Shown: positions 9,245 to 15,648 of the stretch, piece by piece | How the letters are laid out: each line of letters starts with the position of its first letter | Numbering within the stretch: the first letter of the stretch is position 1 | DNA from: an uncultured Alphaproteobacteria bacterium | Lineage (GTDB): Bacteria; Pseudomonadota; Alphaproteobacteria; Rs-D84; CACZYB01 | Reading direction: 5' to 3' | DNA: 32,000 nt | NCBI GenBank assembly: GCA_934246625.1 | Contig: CAKQHZ010000002.1 | Span: 150,001-182,000, forward strand | Translations under genes and position numbers: made by a program | The notes under the pieces: model-generated | Databases searched by the model: none | Seen by the model: only the letters and a program-made list of their open reading frames with translations | What the model was told of the DNA's origin: nothing

Positions 9245-10738
9245 TTGACAAAACGGGGGGGGGTAAAACAGGTAAATAATTCTGAAACTTCTCTTAAAAT
9301 CAATTCTGGTTTTAAATCAATAAAATTCGGTTTGGTTAGTTTTTTAACCATTGCAACCTTGATAGGTGCAACATCTGTAAATGCAAGTCCTCGTAGAAAT
9401 AGAAGACAAGGTAAAACAACCCTTAACCAAAATAATACAAGAATTAATGCTGGTATGACTTCTGGTTATAGTAATAAATTTTTTACAAATACTCTTATTA
9501 CATTTATGGAACAAAGACAAATTGATGTTGATACAGTTATCAATGCAGGAACAACAACAGGAATAGCTTTATTAAAGGCAGATGTTGTTGGTAATAAACC
9601 AGCATATAAACTTTGTTTCCCTTGCTCTTCTATTGTTATGAAAGGTAATGTTGAAGAAGCAACGAGTATGACTGGTGAAAAATGTTATACTTTAAAGGCT
9701 GGTGATTTTAAATCTCAAATAGTTATTCCTGCAAATGCACAAAAAACTTGTGGAGATTTATCTTCAAAACGTTTAACAATTCGTTCAAATGATGAATTTG
9801 AAACAATCGCGGATAGTGCAAATTTGGCAATAGTTCAAAATGATTTTGGTGTGGATTATGATAATATTGCTCTTTCTGAAGATACTGAAACAAAGGAACT
9901 TTCTCAAGTTTTTCTTGATGCAAAAGCAAAGGCAGTAGAGGCATGTGTAAATTCTGATTTTTCAAAATCTTATGATACTGTAAAGGGTTTATTTATTGGT
10001 TCAACTGTTGCTTCTGGTGTTGCAACTGGAACTGGTGCTGCGGGAACAGCTATTAGTGCTCTTAATATAAATAAGGGACAAAGTGCAACAGTAGATTATG
10101 ACAAACTTAAAAAACTTGTTGATGTAGATGTATCTGTGAAAGATTATTTTAAATGTGAAACAAAGAAAGCTCTTAACACTATTGTTGATACAGATGAAAC
10201 TTGTGATATTACTTCTGGAACAACAGATAGTAGTGTAAAAACTGTATTTGCTAAGGCTTTGGCAATGAAAGATTTAAACAATGAACTTTTTTCTGAAAAA
10301 TTTATGTCTTTTGTTGATAAATATAAAACTGAAACAGATGAGACTAAAAAAACAGAATATGCAAATGAATTAAAGTCAAGAAAATCTTCTTTGATTAAGG
10401 ATTTTGAAAATGTTGATGATTTAGTTGCAAATGTAGTTTCTGCACAAAAATCACTTGAAACAAAACTTTCTTTTGTGGAAGAAAATCTTATTGATAAAAT
10501 TGAAAGTGATAAAAATTTAAAGAAAAAGTATGCAATGACAGGAGCAAATATTGCTAATGTGGCTTTGTCTGGTGCAACATCTGTGTCTGGTGTAGCTACT
10601 TCTGTGATGGGATTTAGTGCTGTTGGTGAAATTGATAAACTTATCAATCGTGTAAAAGAATGTAAATCTGCAGCGTCAAAAATGTATGATGCAGGTCTTG
10701 CTCTTGAAGCTCAATTACAAGAATTAAAAGGAGAATAA
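9245..10738 (+). CDS. large secreted Cys-framework protein, paralog A (currently out of frame with its probable ATG at 9232)
   Basis: Signal peptide 'FGLVSFLTIATLIGATSVNA'. Collinear with 11266..12261 at 'SGYSNKFF/SGYNDKIF', 'YKLCFPC/YKLCIPC', 'KCYTL/SCYSL', 'EACVNS/EACTSS', 'EIDKLINRVKECK/QLDKLVSSLDKCK'. Two Gly/Ala/Ser/Thr-rich hydrophobic segments. The TTG at 9245 has no SD. Confidence 0.8.
   Translation: MTKRGGVKQVNNSETSLKINSGFKSIKFGLVSFLTIATLIGATSVNASPRRNRRQGKTTLNQNNTRINAGMTSGYSNKFFTNTLITFMEQRQIDVDTVINAGTTTGIALLKADVVGNKPAYKLCFPCSSIVMKGNVEEATSMTGEKCYTLKAGDFKSQIVIPANAQKTCGDLSSKRLTIRSNDEFETIADSANLAIVQNDFGVDYDNIALSEDTETKELSQVFLDAKAKAVEACVNSDFSKSYDTVKGLFIGSTVASGVATGTGAAGTAISALNINKGQSATVDYDKLKKLVDVDVSVKDYFKCETKKALNTIVDTDETCDITSGTTDSSVKTVFAKALAMKDLNNELFSEKFMSFVDKYKTETDETKKTEYANELKSRKSSLIKDFENVDDLVANVVSAQKSLETKLSFVEENLIDKIESDKNLKKKYAMTGANIANVALSGATSVSGVATSVMGFSAVGEIDKLINRVKECKSAASKMYDAGLALEAQLQELKGE
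9255..9263 (+). repeat. homopolymeric G9 tract (candidate slipped-strand phase-variation switch)
   Basis: Nine consecutive G, the longest G/C run I can see in this AT-rich window. It lies between ATG 9232 (AAGGA SD, 6-nt spacing) and the 497-codon ORF, which sits in a different frame. Confidence 0.85.
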
Positions 10739-10739
10739 T

Positions 10740-11141
10740 ATGAAAATTTCCAAAATAGTTTTAATGGCTGTTGCAATGTTTTCTTTGACTGCAAATGCAA
10801 ATACTAAATTTACAGTTAATGATAAAGATGCAGCAGAATATTGTAAAAATTTAGATGTTAATAAAATTGAAAAACTTAAAAGTTTGGCTACAACCTCTGC
10901 TATTGGTGGAGTTGTTGGTGCTGCTTCTGGTGCATCTGGAGTTGCGACTTCTTTGATAAGTGGTTCAAAACTTTCTGATGAAAAAGGTAAAAAAGGACTT
11001 GATATTGCAACCACAATTACCTCTGGTTTAGGGGCAACAGCTGGAATTATGTCTGTGTCAACCAGTGGTGCTGGGCTTGCTGAAATTGAAGGTATCTTTG
11101 ATACAATCAATAAATGTAAGGAAAAAATGTCAAAAATTTAA
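10740..11141 (+). CDS. small secreted Gly/Ala/Ser-rich hairpin protein, paralog C (partner of A)
   Basis: AAAGGAGA SD; the start is 2 nt after the stop of A. Signal peptide 'VLMAVAMFSLTANA'. 'AIGGVVGAASGASGVATSLISG' - charged loop - 'ITSGLGATAGIMSVSTSGAGLAEIEGIFDTINKCK'. Paralogous to 12273..12704. Confidence 0.8.
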   Translation: MKISKIVLMAVAMFSLTANANTKFTVNDKDAAEYCKNLDVNKIEKLKSLATTSAIGGVVGAASGASGVATSLISGSKLSDEKGKKGLDIATTITSGLGATAGIMSVSTSGAGLAEIEGIFDTINKCKEKMSKI

Positions 11142-11163
11142 TTATTATTTCGTCTTTTTTATA

Positions 11164-11200
11164 AAAACAAACTCTTCGTTTTGAGGGGTTTGTTTTTTTT
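11164..11200 (+). terminator. rho-independent terminator (imperfect stem)
   Basis: AAAACAAACTC...GAGGGGTTTGTTTT hairpin with a small bulge, followed by a T run. Confidence 0.55.
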
Positions 11201-11201
11201 G

Positions 11202-11230
11202 TTGTTTATGTCTAAATTTTATGATATAAT
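11202..11230 (+). promoter_or_regulatory. sigma70-like promoter TTGTTT-17-TATAAT for cassette 2
   Basis: Hexamers at 11202-11207 and 11225-11230, 36 nt upstream of ATG 11266. Confidence 0.45.
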
Positions 11231-11265
11231 ACAGATAATTTTGTATAAAAAGGAAAGGAAATAAT

Positions 11266-12261
11266 ATGAAACAAAAAGTTAGTTTAGTTTCTTTGGCTTT
11301 GCTTCTTGCCTTTACATCTGTTGATGCAGGTGCAAGGGTTTCTCGTTCAAGACATGCTTCTTCAAAGAAAATTAGTTCAGGTTTGGTCTCTGGATATAAT
11401 GATAAAATTTTCGTTAATCCATCAATCACATTGATTGAAAAGCGTTCTATTGAACTTGCTCCACTTATCAATGTTGGTGAAAATGGTATCGGAAAAATTA
11501 CAAGAAAAGCAGATGGCACAGAGCCATATTATAAACTTTGCATACCTTGTGCAAATATATTCTTAGAAGCAACTTTGGCTGATGGAAGTTTTAAATCTTT
11601 GACTGCTAATGGAAGTTGTTATTCTTTGGAACCTGGTGCAAAATATACTATTGCAACAGCTGATGGTGCAATTAACACTTGCGGTTCAAAGTTAAGAATG
11701 ACAATCAATGATATGAGAAGTGCTGCAAAAACAGAAGTTGATAGTGTTGTTTTAAATCTTCTTCCAAACAGCAGTGCTTATGATTACACAAATATTCAGC
11801 TTGGTCAAGATACTTTGATGACAGATTTGATTACTGATTATAATGATGCAAAACGTGAAGCGATTGAGGCTTGCACTTCTAGCAACATTATGGAAACATT
11901 GGATATTATCAAAGGTTGGATGATTGCTTCTGTTTCAGGAAGTGGTGTTGCAACTGTAACAGGTGCTACTGATACTGCTTTTCAAACTATTGAAACTGTG
12001 AAAGGTGATACTAAAGTAGGAAATGGTGTTCTTCAAGGGACATTGTCAGCAGTAAGTGCAACAGGTAATACTTTGTCAATGACTGGTGCAATCGTTTCTG
12101 CAGTGCAACTTGATAAACTTGTTTCAAGTTTGGATAAGTGTAAAAAAGCTGCTCAAAAAATGAACAATGCTGGTGTTGCTTTGGAATATGGATTGGCTGA
12201 CTTGATGTCTGCTGATGAAAGCAATGTTAAAACATCAACAGAAACAAAAACTGAAGAATAA
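11266..12261 (+). CDS. large secreted Cys-framework protein, paralog B
   Basis: GGAAAGGA SD. Signal peptide 'LVSLALLLAFTSVDA'. Same conserved Cys positions and motifs as paralog A, but lacks A's central ~150-160 aa charged insert. Confidence 0.85.
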   Translation: MKQKVSLVSLALLLAFTSVDAGARVSRSRHASSKKISSGLVSGYNDKIFVNPSITLIEKRSIELAPLINVGENGIGKITRKADGTEPYYKLCIPCANIFLEATLADGSFKSLTANGSCYSLEPGAKYTIATADGAINTCGSKLRMTINDMRSAAKTEVDSVVLNLLPNSSAYDYTNIQLGQDTLMTDLITDYNDAKREAIEACTSSNIMETLDIIKGWMIASVSGSGVATVTGATDTAFQTIETVKGDTKVGNGVLQGTLSAVSATGNTLSMTGAIVSAVQLDKLVSSLDKCKKAAQKMNNAGVALEYGLADLMSADESNVKTSTETKTEE

Positions 12262-12272
12262 AGGAGTTTAAT

Positions 12273-12704
12273 ATGAAAAAATTATTTATACTTATGTTTT
12301 CATTATTATCTGTTGCTGTAAAAGCAGAAAAGCCAGTTTTCCCAAGATATACTGAAAATGAAAAGGCAACAGTTAATCATTGTAGAGCAATTAATACTTC
12401 AAAAATAGAAGAAATCAAAGGAAGAATGATTGCAGTTGGTGTTGTAAGTGGTATTAGTGCTGGTGCAAATACTTATTCTGCTGTTGTTAACTATGCTAAA
12501 TTCGATAAGGCAGGAGCTGATGCAGATGAGAAGAAAAAAGCCTCAGCTACGGCTCACGGAATTGCATCAAATATTGCAACTGGTGTGGCTGCGGCTGGTT
12601 CTATTACTTCTACTGGTTTGACTGGTGCAAGTTTGGCAGATTTGGAAAACATTATTGATAATGTTAAAAAATGTCAAAGCGGTTTAAACTCACTTAGCTA
12701 TTAG
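12273..12704 (+). CDS. small secreted Gly/Ala/Ser-rich hairpin protein, paralog D (partner of B)
   Basis: AAGGAG SD. Signal peptide 'LFILMFSLLSVAVKA'. 'NHCRAINTSKIEEIK', 'AVGVVSGISAGAN', 'IATGVAAAGSITSTGLTGASLADLENIIDNVKKCQ' are collinear with 10740..11141. Confidence 0.85.
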   Translation: MKKLFILMFSLLSVAVKAEKPVFPRYTENEKATVNHCRAINTSKIEEIKGRMIAVGVVSGISAGANTYSAVVNYAKFDKAGADADEKKKASATAHGIASNIATGVAAAGSITSTGLTGASLADLENIIDNVKKCQSGLNSLSY

Positions 12705-12740
12705 AATATAGATAGAAACTGTTTCTAATTACATATTTTG

Positions 12741-12762
12741 CCTCCCAATTGGGAGGTTTTTT
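12741..12762 (+). terminator. rho-independent terminator
   Basis: Perfect CCTCCC-AATT-GGGAGG hairpin followed by T6. Confidence 0.75.
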
Positions 12763-12824
12763 ATATTTCCTTTTACATTTTTGCTTTTCGTTGTTATACT
12801 TTATTGAAAACAAGGGAGATAAAT

Positions 12825-13292
12825 ATGCCAAAAGTAAAAGCAAAGATTTTTTATTTACCAAATTATGATATGAATGCGTGGGGACCAATGAAGTATGTTC
12901 ATGAAAGTGATACTGGATTTGATGTTCGTGCATGTGTAAGTGAAGATGTTGTGCTTGCCCCTATGGAAAGAAAGATTATCCCGCTGGGGTTTAAGATTGC
13001 TCCTTCGTTGGGATATGGTTTTGAATTAAGGGCACGAAGTGGTAATGCGATTAAACTTGGGCTTTGCCCTGTGAATGGTGTCGGAACCATTGATAATGAA
13101 TACCGTGGTGAAGTTGGTATTATATTGGTGAATCTTTCATCTGAACCAGTGGTTATTGAACGTGGTATGCGTGTAGGTCAGGGTGTTGTTGAACCAGTTT
13201 ATCAATTTGATTTTGAAGAAGTTGATTGTGAGGAAAAACTTGGCATTTCACAAAGAGGTGAATGTGGGTTTGGTTCTACTGGTAAAAAATAA
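12825..13292 (+). CDS. dut: dUTP diphosphatase
   Basis: 'SDTGFDVRA', 'ARSGNAIKLG', 'GTIDNEYRGEVGIIL', 'GMRVGQGV', 'RGECGFGSTG'. ATG 12825 has a GGGAGA SD. The ORF-track start 12738 would read through the upstream terminator. Confidence 0.92.
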   Translation: MPKVKAKIFYLPNYDMNAWGPMKYVHESDTGFDVRACVSEDVVLAPMERKIIPLGFKIAPSLGYGFELRARSGNAIKLGLCPVNGVGTIDNEYRGEVGIILVNLSSEPVVIERGMRVGQGVVEPVYQFDFEEVDCEEKLGISQRGECGFGSTGKK

Positions 13293-13363
13293 TTATACAA
13301 AAAATATTGACAAAATAAAATGACTTTATAAAATATTTATATGTTTTATAAAGGAGTTTTGTT

Positions 13364-14647
13364 ATGCAAGTAGTTGAACAAATTGAAGAACATAGCTTTG
13401 GTGTAAGTTTGATTCTTTCATATAAACCTGAGTCTGGTATTGGGCAAAGGATTGCTCGTTCTTTGGATAATAAGTTTGGTTGGAAAAAAAATGTGGTTTC
13501 AAAACAACTTAATTTTGATAAGCCTATCGTTCTTTGTTTTGGTGGAGCAGGGATTGATGATGATAAATCCGCAAATGGTATTGCAAAGATTGTTCAGGGT
13601 ATGCTTGGAAGAAACAATATTTATGATAATGATGTTCAACTTTTTTCTGTTGTGTATCCAAAGGATTTGGAACGACTTGGCGATGAAAGAGCTAAATTCC
13701 TTCGTGGAGAAATTAAGAAAAAAATCGATTACATAGGACGAATTTATGAAACTATATTTATCCCAATGTTGCGATTTATTATTGAAAATGGTGATGATAA
13801 ATCTTCACTTGATATAGTCAGAAAGCAATTTCGTAATATTACAATATTTTCACATTGTCATGGAAGTTTTGTTGCATGTGAGCTTATAAATTATTTAAAG
13901 GAAGGTTTTGAAATCCTTTGTAAAAAAAATACTATTTCAAAAGAAAATGCGGATAGCTTGATTGGTGAAATTACCAATATAATGCTTAGCCCTCGTGATG
14001 GGGTGCAATATAGCTATGGTGCACTTAATCTTGGTTTTACTATGGCGACGGATAATCTTGAAGGTGGTATAAAGGAACCTCAACGTAAGGGATTTAATGT
14101 TGGTATTTCGAATTTTGCGGATAAACTTTTGGCTGGAAAAATTAAAGGGTGTGAAAGTTTTGGATTTAAAGATGGTGCCTTTTTTAATTTTTGGGATACG
14201 GACAGATTTGGTGCCGATATTAAATTTATTGATGATATGGACGACTCTTTTTGTGGAAATGTTTCTGAAATGATTTATTCCAATATTTTTATGGGTAATC
14301 ATTTCCATCTTTTTGAAAATTATTGTTCTTTGAATGGTGGTTTTGATGAAGATGGTGTTGGTGCAATTCTTAAAAATGAAAAGGGTAAAAATTTTACTTA
14401 TATGATTGCGAGAGCTTTGCAAAATGCGGTTTCTCTTTCTTTGGCAGGTAAAAAACGCACCATTGAAAATGTTGTTTCAAATGCTACTCCGATTATTTAT
14501 AATAAAGGAGATAAAGAAAGTAATCTTGATTTTTTTGATGTGAAGTTTGATGGTTCACTTGAAACTTTGTTTGCAAATTATAACAAGATGATTGGTGGGT
14601 CAAAAACATCTTTGACTTTATCTGAAATTTCACAAAATCAAAGATAG
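13364..14647 (+). CDS. hypothetical protein, possible alpha/beta-hydrolase-like fold with Cys/Ser nucleophile elbow
   Basis: AAGGAG SD and a TTGACA-16-TAAAAT promoter upstream. No signal peptide. 'PIVLCFGGAG' and 'ITIFSHCHGSF' resemble an oxyanion strand plus a small-x-Nuc-x-small elbow. No family recognised. Confidence 0.6.
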   Translation: MQVVEQIEEHSFGVSLILSYKPESGIGQRIARSLDNKFGWKKNVVSKQLNFDKPIVLCFGGAGIDDDKSANGIAKIVQGMLGRNNIYDNDVQLFSVVYPKDLERLGDERAKFLRGEIKKKIDYIGRIYETIFIPMLRFIIENGDDKSSLDIVRKQFRNITIFSHCHGSFVACELINYLKEGFEILCKKNTISKENADSLIGEITNIMLSPRDGVQYSYGALNLGFTMATDNLEGGIKEPQRKGFNVGISNFADKLLAGKIKGCESFGFKDGAFFNFWDTDRFGADIKFIDDMDDSFCGNVSEMIYSNIFMGNHFHLFENYCSLNGGFDEDGVGAILKNEKGKNFTYMIARALQNAVSLSLAGKKRTIENVVSNATPIIYNKGDKESNLDFFDVKFDGSLETLFANYNKMIGGSKTSLTLSEISQNQR

Positions 14648-14653
14648 TCGATT

Positions 14654-14685
14654 AAAAAAGAGGAGTTTGTGGCTCCTCTTTTGTT
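14654..14685. terminator. bidirectional rho-independent terminator
   Basis: AGAGGAG-TTTGTGG-CTCCTCT hairpin flanked by an A run upstream and a T run downstream, between convergent genes. Confidence 0.6.
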
Positions 14686-14885
14686 TATCGTTTCATATAA
14701 AAATAATGCACAAAAAAATGAAAGAGTATCAGAAATTTCATAGTTTTGGATTATTTTGTTTATAAATGTAATGTTTAAAATAAAACTGAAATATAGTGAT
14801 AGTATAAAGATAAATTTACGGCTTGATATTTTTAAATCTTTTAATATTTTAGCTCCTTTGATAAAGGTGATATCTGTGATTAGGT

Positions 14886-15182
14886 TTAATTTTTGTGATG
14901 GCAACAATCACATTCACATTCATCATCATCTTCTTCATCGTGGTTGCAATCGCAATGTTCACAATGACAATGATGGTCGTTGTCGCAATCACAGTCGCAA
15001 TGATTTATTGGGTCTTCTTCTTCATCAGGATCTAAATCTTTATCGATTTGAACGGTAAATGAAGTGCAATCATCCATAAAACCATATTTTTCAGCATCTT
15101 TTTCATTTTTGATGAATTCGGCAATTTCTTCGTCAGAGATGCCAAGTTCCTTTGCTTTTTTCATAAGTTCTTCATTTATCAT
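14886..15182 (-). CDS. small acidic protein with Cys/His/Asp-rich C-terminal tail (putative metal-binding)
   Basis: AAGGAAAA SD. N-terminal helical part 'MINEELMKKAKELGISDEEIAEFIKNEKDAEKYGF', followed by 'HCDCDCDNDHHCHCEHCDCNHDEEDDDECECDCCHH'. Confidence 0.7.
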   Translation of the reverse strand: MINEELMKKAKELGISDEEIAEFIKNEKDAEKYGFMDDCTSFTVQIDKDLDPDEEEDPINHCDCDCDNDHHCHCEHCDCNHDEEDDDECECDCCHHKN

Positions 15183-15256
15183 TTTATTTTCCTTGTTTGT
15201 GTTAGGATATTTTACTTAAAAATGTAAAAAAAATCAATATTATTTTAAAATAGTGC

Positions 15257-15285
15257 TTGCATTTAGAAAAAAGATATATTATAAT
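15257..15285 (+). promoter_or_regulatory. sigma70 promoter TTGCAT-17-TATAAT for tRNA-Val
   Basis: Hexamers at 15257-15262 and 15280-15285. The -10 ends 13 nt before the first tRNA nucleotide. Confidence 0.6.
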
Positions 15286-15298
15286 CGGTCTATCTTTT

Positions 15299-15375
15299 GG
15301 GTGATTAGCTCAGTTGGCTAGAGCATCTCGTTTACACCGAGGAGGTCTGGGGTTCGAGTCCCTAATCACCCACCA
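15299..15375 (+). tRNA. tRNA-Val (anticodon UAC), encoded CCA
   Basis: GGGTGAT/ATCACCC acceptor, D arm GCTC-AGTTGGCTA-GAGC, anticodon stem TCTCG/CGAGG with loop TTTACAC, T arm TGGGG-TTCGAGT-CCCTA. Confidence 0.92.
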
Positions 15376-15385
15376 AGTTTGAAAG

Positions 15386-15408
15386 GCTTCCGAAAGGGAG
15401 CTTTTTTT
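15386..15408 (+). terminator. rho-independent terminator after tRNA-Val
   Basis: GCTTCC-GAAA-GGGAGC hairpin followed by T7. Confidence 0.7.
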
Positions 15409-15511
15409 ATTGTCTATGAGAATTTAGTTTTTATTAGTATGTGTATATATTGGATAAGTAAATATTCTTTAATTCCTTGATTTTACTATTAAATATTTTA
15501 TTGAAAAGTCT

Positions 15512-15648
15512 CTCTACAAAAACGAACGTTTAGATTTAATATATATTCATATTACGAATAATATCCTAAAAGTCAATAAATTTATACACTTATATCCTCC
15601 CCATTTACCTCTTATTTCTATATCAAATAAACGTTGGTTTTTGTAGAG
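15512..15648. promoter_or_regulatory. candidate invertible DNA element: 21-bp inverted repeats (20/21 match) flanking a 95-bp AT-rich core with promoter-like hexamers
   Basis: IR-L is 15512-15532 (CTCTACAAAAACGAACGTTTA). IR-R is 15628-15648 (TAAACGTTGGTTTTTGTAGAG). Each IR has its own dyad AAACG-AA-CGTTT. The core carries TTGACT(15576-15571)-16-TAATAT(15554-15549) on the minus strand. See findings. Confidence 0.5.

Noticed and set aside
10144-11519. Three long minus-strand ORFs (10144..10647, 10724..11110, 11145..11519) lie antisense to the secreted-protein cassettes.
   Set aside because: They are mirror ORFs created by the GCN/GGN/ACN-rich codon composition of the plus-strand genes. They have no SD sequences, their translations are low-complexity, and 11145..11519 runs through a terminator and a promoter.
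12738-12824. An N-terminal extension of dut is suggested by the ORF track (start 12738). The antisense ORF 12694..12933 is in the same region.
   Set aside because: The extension would be translated through the CCTCCC-AATT-GGGAGG terminator hairpin. ATG 12825 has a proper GGGAGA SD and gives a normal-length dUTPase.
13440-14422. Internal alternative-frame ORFs (13440..13736 on the plus strand, 13937..14422 on the minus strand) lie inside the 427-aa gene.
   Set aside because: They are fully nested in a longer ORF that has a promoter, an SD and a terminator, and their translations are Ile/Phe/Lys-rich AT-bias artefacts.
14756-15058. A plus-strand ORF gives a His/Asn/Arg-rich peptide (HIHIHHHLLHRGCNRNVHNDNDGRCRNH) opposite the Cys/His-tail gene. 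ORF 14638..14907 lies nearby.
   Set aside because: It is a shadow of the repetitive TGT/CAT/GAT codons on the other strand. It has no SD and starts in AT-rich intergenic sequence. The minus-strand gene has an SD and a plausible N-terminal domain.
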